Assembly (NCBI RefSeq): GCF_026571515.1
Contig: NW_026865029.1
Location: 62,001-126,000 of the forward strand
Reading direction: 5' to 3'
Origin: Ruditapes philippinarum
Lineage: Eukaryota
DNA: 64,000 bases
Position 1 is the stretch's first letter, and each line of letters opens with the position of its first letter. Both the position numbers and the translations under genes were made by a program. Shown one piece after another: positions 36,588 through 48,261 of this stretch. The notes beneath the pieces were generated by a model. It was given only the letters and a program-made list of their open reading frames with translations, made no database searches and was not told the origin of the DNA.

Positions 36588-39500
36588 TTTTATTACTAAT
36601 TGGCAATATTATAATGTGTAATGATATCAAGCAATAATCTTTCTTCTCTCAATACAATTCGATAAAAGTTACTGTTGTTGTCGTGAAAACAGTCACATTA
36701 GGACATTACCTATTCTGCAAAAAGTCTCAATCTGAAACTTAAAGTAAGAAAAATAGCAAACTATAACTTTTCTGCTGAAGAAAAAAAGTAATACATGTAC
36801 AACCTTGCAAGAATGTATTTAATAGAAAGTTATGAGTTATTTCATAAAAATAATGGATACACGAACTTTGTTTGCAATTTGGCAAGAATCTAAACTGTAA
36901 CAGAAATCTGGGTATAAACTGTAACAAAATTGGATGAAAGTCGCTAGGTCTATGCTGTAACCCTTCAAAATTAACCACGCCATATACTGTAACATTGTTT
37001 ATTTTTTCAAACGCATTTTACCAACAGGAAAATAGATTCAACTGGTCATTTACTTTTATAAACGTTTCTAAACATTAAGGACTAAAGTTTTGTAGATTTA
37101 CTTTACCTAGGCATGCATAAATAATGTCGGAATGGGAGAAAAATGCGTTGGTCTCTCGATTCAAATTTTTAAACCGTCAAATCTGCACATTTATGAGACA
37201 ATATAGAAATAAATCTGCGGTGCAGGGTCTGAAGAAATATATGACTAAATACCGGATTCTGTTCCTTACAAGCAAAGCACAAAAACATCTTTTAGAAACT
37301 AAACTACTAGTATCGCATGGACCGGAATAAAAATCACCTACCTCTCTTCCCATAAATAATCCTTCATCTTGAAAATTCTATACTGTAACCGAAAAACGCA
37401 ATACTGTAACACGTTCCCTACGGTGATAAATCAAAGGACAAAGCACCACTTCAAGGGCATTGTCAACTTACCGTGATAGTTCTTGTTTTACATAACTTTG
37501 TCAGTCTTCAGTTCAGGATAAACACATGTATGTGTGTATCACACAGATTGTGAAATTGTTGAAATATTCATAAAAACCCCGTGATGTTCACTCGTGCCAC
37601 ACTAAAGTATACGAAATAAAATACCTGGTTTACCTCCACTGATTAGTTCTTCTGTTAATCTGATGACTTGTGAATAGGAAGAATAATTTTCAAAAAAAGA
37701 AAAAGAAGAACTATTGCAAAGAAAAACTATTGTACAAAAACGTTTTGATTGCTTTTGGTAGATTGAAAATTGTATTCTTGCCATTTGAATTACATATTAA
37801 AACCAGACAAGCACTGCGCTTGTCTTGCTCACAACGAGGTTATGGTGCTCACAACGAGGACTAAAGCAAAAAAGAGTATATCTTCGTTTCTACGAAGACT
37901 TTCAGATAATAATTTACGCTGAAGACTTGTGGGCATCTGTTTTATGTTAGAATGCACAAAACGTCACCAGAATCGACGTTTTCAATGTTAAATTAGGTCC
38001 AAAGAGAAGTTGTCTCCAGTTTTCCAGCTACCCCGAGTGACTGCACCGCACGGTATTTCCATCAAATTGTCCACCAACAGGCAATATCTTTACATGTGCA
38101 TACTCGGAAAACACATCGCTAGCTAACTGCATTCCGATATTTTTACATAAATGTCTGTAATCTTCAAAAATTATGAAAAACTCACCTTGTTTATCGTGTC
38201 ACACGTCATAGATGGGTGCTCACAACGAGGAACGGAAGTTGCTCACAACATTTTTACCGATTGACATTTTTCACTCGTTGTGAGTTAAACGGGTTAAACT
38301 TTTCTCGCTAATAAAATATATATATGATGTATCATAAATTCTTTTTAAATATTTCTGACAGAATATATGGCCGTATATAAACAGATATTTGCAATACAAC
38401 CGTTTATATAGGGCCACAAAACCTGTCAAAATCTTTATGACTAATAATATAAGCGGATCAAAATTTTTTTTGATGTAATCATATTTTTGTTTATAATACT
38501 GTTGGCAATAAAGAAAAGGTTGATCTGAGTCAAATTTCACTCTTCAATGGGATACCCCGGGTTAATCCATTAACCCTTTTCCCTGGTAGAAAGTTGTTCC
38601 AAGTCTTAGCCAGGTAATAGCCTTGTCAATCTTAATGTTTTGAGAGTAATTGGCTAAAACGCACTGAAGAATTGTTATGCTAATTTGATGGCAGCTATTT
38701 TGAATTTTTGTTTACCATTTATCTATTACATATTGTCTTATTATATATAAGGCATCGGTGGGTGAGTTTGAAACAGGCTCAATGAAACCCGGTGAGATTT
38801 AGAACAGCTTTCGCTACCATGTCTGCTTTTTAGTTTCCGGCTATCTCTATGTGTGCTGGGCACCAAATAATAGTTATATTAATTTGGGGAGGTACGGCAA
38901 ATCAGAATTATTAGTTATATGAGTTAAAGATGTGTCAACAACCGGAATCATAAGGGCCGAGGGCATATTTCTAGCTGGTCGTCGTTCGGAAGTAGGGACA
39001 TCTTTCACGTCTCAGTCTTTCACCAACAGATTAGAACTTACTACGAAGGGGGAGTGGGGGGGGGGGGTTCTTTAAACTTGGAATAAGCAATGCCACAAAA
39101 TCAAAGAATGCGATACACCTGTTTTTTTTTATCCTATTGGACCTAATCCGGGTATGGTGTTTTAGGGTCTGTTTTTGATTTCAGCCTCAACATCTTGGTC
39201 CCGAGTTGCTGTAGGCCACAGGTCCCCAAGTGCCACCCTTATGGCAGTGATTTGAATAATATCTAGTTTTTTAAGAACATTGTTATTAACACTAGAATAG
39301 ATTTGTGCAACCCACTCTATTTTTGAACATTAAGGATTATATAGAAATATAATGCTACTTTACCTCGTTCCAAAATCAGCGCCTTTTAATATACGCATGA
39401 CATTCACTTTCTCATCAAAAGATTTTTTTTTTCAAAAAAAGTTTACGTGTAATCTGTTAAGTTTGAGAGACAACCGAAACCTTACAAGCCTGGTATGTGA

Positions 39501-42500
39501 AAATTCCTTTTGTTAACAAGAATAAGTAGGCTACAGAAGCTGGTCTCAAAGCATTGCATACAAGCTAGTGTCACTAGTTCTCGCACACTTCGTAAACTTC
39601 GTATCTCATGTAGAGTCGTCATGTATGTCATTTATAGGGATATAGGCAAAAGCTAGAAAAGGTAAGTTTACAAAGACAAATTTTACAGACCACCATCCCT
39701 ATTCCTCCACTATGTTAAAGTTAACAACAGTCTTTCCTGATCTATAATCCTTTAAAATAAAACATACTTTTTTATTTTGTTTATAACCTTAGCGACAGAT
39801 GGGTGCGAGAAAGAACAGCCAAATATGAATACCGGCAGTGGAAATAATCTCCGCTTGAAAAAATAGCAACAATGATCTTTCTTATTTTGTCTTTTTTGGT
39901 CATTAAGGTATAAAAAAAATATCTGCCTAAATGGTTTTAATGCGAATAAATAAATGTAAAGGGCAAAATAAATTAAAATAAATTAAAATAAATTAAAAAA
40001 GCCCACAAAAACAACAACAACAAACCCGCCTAAAACAAAACAAAACAAACAACCCTACACAACCGCGATTAATAATTGACTTTAAGAGGCAATGCAGAAT
40101 TTGAATATATTTATGGTGACTTACTTTATGACTCTTTTCCAATAAAACGAAATACATTTTACTTCCTTATTCAGAAAAGATTTGACACAGATTGCTTTCG
40201 TCGTAAATCACACAGTTATTTTATACATTAAAATTTAAAACGAATAACATATTGTCACTGAATAAAATTTGAAATATCCGAAATATGATATCATTATCTT
40301 AATAAATTATTATTAGGATTATGACTAGTGCAAAACATTTTTTACGACAAAGCTAACACACTTAAACATTTTATGTTATTTAAGGTAATAATAATCAAAC
40401 TGCTTAAAGTTTCAAGCGTGGAAATATTAACATTAGAAGTTGTCAATAAAGGTAAGTCAAACTTAATATACAGTACAGTTATTTCTTAAGATATAAGTAA
40501 CAGAAACAAAAAATGTTGACGATTGAACAAAAAAGTAAAAGAATACATAAAACATAATTGAATGCGTGGCAATTTTTAACGTCCAATTTACATGATTTCA
40601 ATTTAAGCATAATCTCAAAATTCTACCAATTATCCATATTATTTATAACAGAAGAAAGAAATCGACTAAAGTGTTGCCTTATTGTAGGAAAAACCATTGC
40701 CCTCTAATGTAACAAAAACATGTTTAAGGCATGTTTGAGTAGGCCAAACTGGTTGTAGGAAGAGGACAGAAATAAAGGTCAATACTGTATTGACATTTAT
40801 ATAATGTCAAAATTAAGCGGCCAAAATTTGTAAACTTTATTTGTTTAAGTCAGTACGTTGACGTTTTTTTTGCATTGTCTAAAATAACCCTCAACGCAAC
40901 GCAACGCTTATCATTTAATTCCGGCTAAAAAAACACACACATTGATTTTCCATTTAATTATGAACATATTTCTTTGTTATCTTTTCCACTTTAATTCTTT
41001 ACTTGATATTTGTAAGATTTTCAAATTTTATGTTTTTAGGCCTTTAGACCTCATTGAAGGGGATGTAAGGTCTTACAGTTCAAAAACAGTTTACAGGACT
41101 GCGTTTTCCAAGTCTCACAACACGAAAAAAAGACGGCATTGTTGCCAGGCTTAGAAAACCTAAATGAGAGAAAACCCAAAACATAACTTTGTTCTAAATC
41201 GAATCGCAGTTTATACATAAAATGTCAAAAGGTATTTTTTTTCAAACATTTTTTATTTTCGTTGTCTTATTACAGTGTACAAAAAATACTCATTAGCCAT
41301 TTTCCTGAGCCACCTTTTAATTCTTTTGCATTTTGGAAATAATTACACTAATTTAAGTGATTTAGTATTTGGAAGTTAGAATACCATTTTGTTTTTGTTT
41401 TGCAACATTAATCAATACTTTTTCAAATTCAACATTTTCATTCTTTCAAGTGTTAAATACATGTATCGCACATGTTCTAAATCTATTATTAAATCATTAT
41501 AGATAACATCTTTACCATTTCTACAGAAGAACAAAAATATTTATTTATAGACACAATGTCCCTTTACCGTCCCTTAACATAGCACTGATCAAGATATTAA
41601 ATGTTAAAAATGTGTTTTAAAACATAACGAGTGACTCGCCTATCAAACTAGTTTATCAAATACATCGCGTGGAAATGCGATACAGAAATGCGAATATTTT
41701 ACGATTACAAAACCATCATAAATAATACATAAGTAAATACAACTTTATCTACTCCAAAGGATTAAACTGCGTCTTCTGGCATGTTGCCAAAGTAGAGAAT
41801 GAATGTGATAGACATTACAAACAGATATCTTTCTATTAAACAGAAGGTACACGAGAGAACAAACATAGTGCAAAAAAGGTCACCGAGATAACGTTATATA
41901 AAACTGACGTCAAACTATGCACGCTATTTTTTAATATACCGCATACACAATACTATTCCTACTCACTATTTCTATGGCGCGTTGTGATATATTATTGACG
42001 CAGGACAGAAATTCCCGAAATACATGCATTAATAAAACGTTTTCATCAAACCATTATATTGCATTACATTACATTTATATTATGGGTAGCTTACCTGAGT
42101 TCTGAACTGATACGCCATGCCCGCCTGCTCTCGTGATGTAAAGCAGTAAATTGTGATTTATGTTATGAATCTATCGTGCGGTCGTTTATTTGCGATAATA
42201 TATTTTCTATAAATATTCAATTTAGTAGAATATTTGTATGTATCTTTTGATATAGAAACAGCTACAATTTCTTTCAATGGCAGAAATGCAAGCGTTGAAT
42301 AACCATTTATGGATGCCTATAGTAAGTCATGAAAATTGTGTTTGTGAAAACATATCCACACATCGATAAATGAAAAGAATTAACTTAGCCGATTATTTGA
42401 ACGAATAATTAATTATGAATCTAAGAAGAAATACATAACACTTAGACTCTACCATGAATACATATAAAAAGCTAAACACTATAAAAAGATGCTAACAGTA

Positions 42501-43871
42501 GGCATATGTATAGTCCTATGCACCCATTCCGTTAGACTTGTTACTTGGTTTTAATTTTGAGGTAAAAGCGGATGAATTGTTGTAACCCACCTGTCGGCGT
42601 TGGCTTTAATTAACCTTTCTGGTTAAGTGTTCGTTCTTGGACATTTATGTCGATACTAAATTGCCGAAAAGTTGCGATTAAAAGTTCAAAGTCATGGTCA
42701 AATGAACATGTAATAATAAAAGTACAACGGATCTTTTAAATCACTGTTCAATAAATTATAAATTGTGAATGAAGATTTCCCTTGGCGACTGTACCTGTCA
42801 TGCCCATTATCGGTCAAAATCACAGGGATCTGTTATATCAAACCATTTCCCCCCATTTAAACCATGTGCATTGCCACAGGAACTTTCCTATTTTCAGGTC
42901 AAAAGATCAACTGGTTTTTATGGCCAATAACTTTATTATCACCCTGAAGCTGATATATTGATGCATTTTAATGAGTTCTGCCTGTAACACCAATATTTTT
43001 ATCAAAAGGCCAAAGGTCTATGTGAATGCGTGAAAACTTTATTTTTTTTATAAATTTTCAATGTTTACCGCCTCATTTCATTGCATGATAATAATTTTAC
43101 TTCTTTTAAATTTTTGATGTCTTTTGATATCTCATGTGGTAAGTGCTCGTAATAAATCCTATTCGTTCAAAGTCATATTTTATATGTGATTATATTTGAA
43201 CGGATTAACAATATCAACTGTTCATCCTTATTAAACTAGAAAACCAGTTATTTCATAAATCTGTTGTAAACATTCTTTAGAAATTACTCGTATTGTACAA
43301 CTGAGCATAAGTTCATAAGTTTTTTCTATCAGTAAATATCATTATTTTCATGGACTCATATCAATGCTTTTAAAATTTTTAGTACTCGGTAAAGGTAAAG
43401 TGTCTTAAAGAACTATTGCGAAAATTAACTTTTAAAAAATCATTTGTATAAAAAGTGAATGTCTTAAAAATACACTTCCGTTTTACCGGTATGTCATAGT
43501 TTCATAAACAACAGTCAAGCTTAGCGATTATTTTTGCAGCTAAAAAGAATAATCAATGGAAGACAGCCGTATGCTGTATTGATGTTTTTCTTTATAACCC
43601 CTGGACTGATGTATTTTCTTCATCTTTAACCTTATAGGATTTCTTTTCAAAACACTGGGTGTGGGGTAGTTAGGGGTGTAAAGGAGGAGAACCATTTCAG
43701 AGATAATCATATTTTTATGTACAAAATATGTTAAGGATATTGTGATCTTTGCTAGTTTGATGAGCATTACTCTTTTGTCACACCGTTTATGTCTTTGCAA
43801 AAACAAACATTTATTTCCAATTCAGATACCGCGTTTGTAAAATCAGAACAACAGCAATTCTATTAAATAAG

Positions 43872-45290
43872 ATGGCAGAGTCTAAAAGATGTAAAGATCT
43901 TGACAAAACGTCTGAACCTGAACAGAACATCAAATTGACCGAATATTTCCGTCGTCTTCTTAAAAGAGAGATCAATTTTCGTCTTACTAAGGAAGAATTG
44001 TGTGACATAATTTGCAGTGTCGACTTTGTAGTTGAAACATTAGTGGCTACTATTTCGTCAAAGGTTGGATGGCTCCAGTTTTCACGAGTTGTTAAAGTAG
44101 GAAGTATGGCTGAAGGGACAAGTGTTGGTCGTCCGAATGAATTTGATTATCTAGCAGTTCTGAAAATTGAAGCAGGTAGTGTTCAAGTGGAACGCACTTG
44201 TGCAAAAAGAAGAGGTTACGCGCACGTTAAAATTGCTGATCCGAATTTGAAAACGATTTGGGGAAAGTGGATGAACGGTCAATACTTGACCAGCGACTTT
44301 ACCCGTGGACAATCAGACTTTTTAAGTGGCTATTTTGACAGCTTAGGTAATGCGTTTAAAGATGAGATATACCATGCCATGAATAACGCACATAGTAATC
44401 TTGTGTATAGAACTAAAATCGGGAAAATCGAACCAGAATCGTCTTTAAACCTCGATATTAAAAGGCACGGTCCAGCGTTTACACCAAAATTTGTTTGGAA
44501 ATCGAAGAATAGTGATGAGAAGATTACTATTGAAGTTGATATCACACTTGCAATAGAAGTAGAACTTACACCTGACATTATTTCCGAAACAGATACTTTT
44601 GATCCACTTTTCTTCAGGAAGGTTAAAGAGCATGGAAAAGTCATGTTGATTTCTTGTCGTGATAATGCATCTTGTGATGCAAAGCTATGCATGTGTTTGG
44701 TATTTACCGAAATCGAAGTTGAGTTGGTGAGGAATATGGGACAGCACCATAAAGAATGTTACAAACTTTTGAAATATATTTTCAATGATGGTCGTGGCTA
44801 CACATTCCTCCCTTCATATGTTCTGAAGACGCTTGTCCTTAAACATAACTGTCATTGTGAAGAGGAAGAGAATCTAGCAGTTTGTTTCAAAACGTTAGTA
44901 GCCTCATGTTTACACTATCTGTTTAACCGAAAAACGGAAGAAAAGATTGAACCAAGCAGATTTGCAAGAGCTTTAATGCTAGGAAAAAGATTTTCCCTGA
45001 ATATCCCAAGCATCTTTTTTAAAGAGCATAACATCCTATACAGCAAAAATTACAAGTTTCCTTGCGAACAGTTTTTGCAGGAAATCGAAATTATGTTAGA
45101 GTCGATCGAAAAAATCAGCTATAGGGAAGAGGACAATGACGACGACGAAAGTCTTGATATAGTTACTAGCATATTTACTGGTGTTGAGGCTTACTTATCA
45201 ACATTTCCATTTTTCAGAAAGGAAAAAGAATTAACATTTATAAAATGCTATGAATGCTACGGGAACTACTTCAATGAAAATATATTATAA
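43872..45290 (+). CDS. cGAS-like receptor (cGLR) / Mab21-family nucleotidyltransferase, subtype A copy 2, 472 aa
   Basis: VGSMAEGTSVGRPNEFDYL, HGPA, IEVDITLAI, HKECYKLLKY, LPSYVLKTLV. Collinear with 9980-11389; acceptor ttcag at 43821-43825. Confidence 0.92.
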   Translation: MAESKRCKDLDKTSEPEQNIKLTEYFRRLLKREINFRLTKEELCDIICSVDFVVETLVATISSKVGWLQFSRVVKVGSMAEGTSVGRPNEFDYLAVLKIEAGSVQVERTCAKRRGYAHVKIADPNLKTIWGKWMNGQYLTSDFTRGQSDFLSGYFDSLGNAFKDEIYHAMNNAHSNLVYRTKIGKIEPESSLNLDIKRHGPAFTPKFVWKSKNSDEKITIEVDITLAIEVELTPDIISETDTFDPLFFRKVKEHGKVMLISCRDNASCDAKLCMCLVFTEIEVELVRNMGQHHKECYKLLKYIFNDGRGYTFLPSYVLKTLVLKHNCHCEEEENLAVCFKTLVASCLHYLFNRKTEEKIEPSRFARALMLGKRFSLNIPSIFFKEHNILYSKNYKFPCEQFLQEIEIMLESIEKISYREEDNDDDESLDIVTSIFTGVEAYLSTFPFFRKEKELTFIKCYECYGNYFNENIL

Positions 45291-46281
45291 AGATATAGTT
45301 GTGATTAGTATGCATACTCATTTCCAGTTACATAAAAATTGATGCGCTGATTCAATGTGGAGTATTTAATAAACACACGTTTAAGTTGGGATATGATTTC
45401 TGAAAAATGTAAGATGATATTTAAAAAATGAAATGTATTTTTTTATGAAAATGTCACGACAATCAAAACATATGGAATAATGTATTCTTTTCAGAGTGCT
45501 ATAGAAAATGTCTTTTGTTTTCCTTTTTAATTTTAATACCCATAATGCCTCAACAATTGTTTTATTTTTATTTCTCTTAAGCTTTTTTATTTTGACGTTC
45601 TATAATAATACCAAAATGTTACTCATTGGCCAAATACTTGAACCATGTTTTTAATCGGTGGCGCTTTGGCAGTAAGTTTTTTCATCGGTTGAAATTTGGC
45701 AAAAAGTCCCGTCATACATGTAGTGAATTCGTTTTTCGTACGGAAGTAGTAAAAATATTAACATTCCCTGAAACCGATATTTAAACATAAATGATTATAA
45801 GATTGATGTTTGCCCTTTCGTGAGAAGGAAACCTTTATATATTTCTGAGGCATATATAATGTACAGTTAAGAGCCGTTTTTCTAGTTTTTGTAAACTCTT
45901 TTTTTATTAACCTTGTTATCTGTATAAATTCTACAAGCTGTGAAGGGATGCATTTTTAATCAGTTAATGACAAATGTTCGGGGTGCAGATTTCAAGGCTT
46001 CTTCATACTCGATCCATGTATAACATGACAATATGAGCTATAAGTAATAACTTATTTATATAATGAACTATAGAGGCAAAAATGGGCATAAGTTGCATTT
46101 TCCATACGAAGGAAAGATAATTGTGTTCCATATGCTTAATATCAATCAACCATAACATGTTACCAATACATATTTGTCATAAATTCATTATCATACACAT
46201 TTCTGTATTTAATCAGTGGTGTAAAAAACGTTGAATATATCCCACACTTTTATAACAAGGCATGTATTATAACTTTAATAC

Positions 46282-47127
46282 TATAAGAATCTTACACCGG
46301 CTGCCGGTACAGACCGGAATATCTAGCTCGAGGGTAACTGTTTACAGCGGTAACGAGGCTCTGCCGAGTTTCCGCTAAACAGTTACCCGAGAGCTAGATA
46401 TTCCCGTCTGTACCAACTGCCGGTGTTTGATTCTTTTTCTTGCATATTACATGTCAATTATTTTCGGAACAGAAATTATGAAAACTGATATTCTCATTAC
46501 GCACTTTTTTCTTATAGTAGCGTATGAACATACAACTTCATTCATAACGGAAAAATGACGTCATCCTAAGAACGCGATTCATTCATAAAAGTCGCGCGTC
46601 AATGACGTCATTTAAAGCACGCGACTTGTCTTACATGGGGGGTGTAAGACAGAGTTTTCTAGCACCGGTGTAAACGGTAGATAATCCTGTCTGAGATGCA
46701 AGAATATAAGAATCTTACACCGGCTGCCGGTACAGACCGGAATATCTAGCTCGAGGGTAACTGTTTACAGCGGTAACGAGGCTCTGCCGAGTTTCCGCTA
46801 AACAGTTACCCGAGAGCTAGATATTCCCGTCTGTACCGACAGCCAGTGTTTGATTCTTTTTCTTGCATATTGTATGTCAATTATTTTCGGAACAGAAATT
46901 ATGAAAACTGATATTCTCATTACGCACTTTTTTCTTATAGTAGCGTAGGAACATACAACTTCATTCATAAGGAAAAATGACGTCATCCTAAGAACACGAT
47001 TCATTCATAAAAGGCGCGCGTCAATGACGTCATTTAAAGCACGCAACTTGTCTTACATGGGGGGGTGTAAGACAGAGTTTTCTAGCACCGGTGTAAACGG
47101 TAGATAATCCTGTCTGAGATGCAAGAA
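46282..47127. mobile_element. Head-to-tail dimer (2 x 423 bp) of a hairpin-containing Crypton-like non-autonomous element
   Basis: tataagaatcttacacc starts at 46282 and 46705, and both copies end gcaagaa. Internal long IR around aacgaggctctgccgagtt; few mismatches between copies. Confidence 0.8.
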
Positions 47128-48261
47128 TAAGTGATATTCTATTATTAAATTTAATAACAAAATCTGTAACAAATGTACAGAAGTGATTGTACTTATAGAA
47201 GTATTTTGTGTATGTATTTATTACAGTTTTAAAGACCTTTGGTTGTCTATTAGAATAAAAAATGATAAAATAATGATTGTCTTTTTGAGTAATTACAGTT
47301 GGTCATAAATGATTTTTTCCTGATCAAATTTAAAGGAACTCTGTTGATGTCAAAAGCACACAATTATTAGATTTGAATTTCTTACATCAGCTGAGGAATA
47401 TAGAACAGATAAATAAGAAATCATATATATCACAAATAAATTGAAAATCGTTTTGTGTGAAAAAGCGATAATTTGAGTCGTCTTTTAAAAATAAGAATAA
47501 TTATTCTAGAAAAACGTAGTGCGCGAATGATTATTTTGGAAACATGTTATTGGTCAGACTTACATTAGATAAAACAATAATATTAAAAAAATAATTTACA
47601 GTCCCTTTCAAACTCACTTATTTAGCTAATTCTTAAGTCTTAACTGTAATTAATTTTTATGCAGGCCTTTTAACTTTTTAAACTACATTTGAATTGACTT
47701 TGCGACTTGGGCAATATTGATGTTTTCATTTATTTTTGTTTGTTGTTGTTTTTTTTAAAAATATTATATGATTTATTTGGTTTAACTGTACAGTACTTTT
47801 GAACGTGTTAATGTGCATGTCAAACACTTTAGTGGAGTCATTTAAAAGCAATTTGTCCTGTTTTAAGTGCACTTGAACCGCGCGGGTGCTATTTTCTATT
47901 TACTGATGTCATGAAGGTTACTTTGTTCTTTGCTTTACTGTACTAAAAATGAGGCTTTATCCATAATGAAATATGGCAATACCTTGCAAGCAGCAGATTA
48001 TCATACACATCCACTCATGCCTTCGATGTTACTTGCGACGATAGTGTTGAAGATTATGGAAAAGCTGAAATGAATAATTTATCTGGAAGGCAACTAAATA
48101 CACCAGCTTCTGCAACAATAACAAGGTCAGATTGATATGTCTCGCAAAATCATATCAATGGTATGATACGGATGCATCTGTTTTCTTGACCAACTTGTAG
48201 AATTGACATTTGAAAATGTTTTTATATAAATTCATTAACAAACTATATCGCTTGGGTTTTG

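Larger units (their letters stand above)
34692..37425. mobile_element. Long-TIR element with CAC...GTG ends (CMC/CACTA- or Chapaev-like)
   Basis: caccgtagggaacgtgttacagtat ... atactgtaacacgttccctacggtg; inverted arms ~535 bp (34692-~35229, ~36888-37425). No TSD seen. Confidence 0.75.
34271..37488 (+). mobile_element. Helentron-like element split by an inner insertion
   Basis: gcata...hairpin...gtccgtctgtc start, tandem ttgacccctgaatg...gaaggtcaaattgtccaaaaac units, and 3' end aagggcattgtcaacttaccgtgatagttcttgttt after the inner element. Confidence 0.6.
33690..38293. mobile_element. Long-TIR non-autonomous DNA transposon with CCC...GGG ends (piggyBac-like); outer shell of a nested stack
   Basis: ~480-bp near-identical inverted arms at 33690-34169 and 37811-38293. 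Right end GGG|TTAA; left TTAA absent. Confidence 0.75.

Noticed and set aside
9980-45290. Bacterial CBASS CD-NTase operon or contamination
   Set aside because: Genes are kilobases apart among animal transposons, have splice acceptors and Mab21-type C-lobes, and there are no adjacent Cap effectors.
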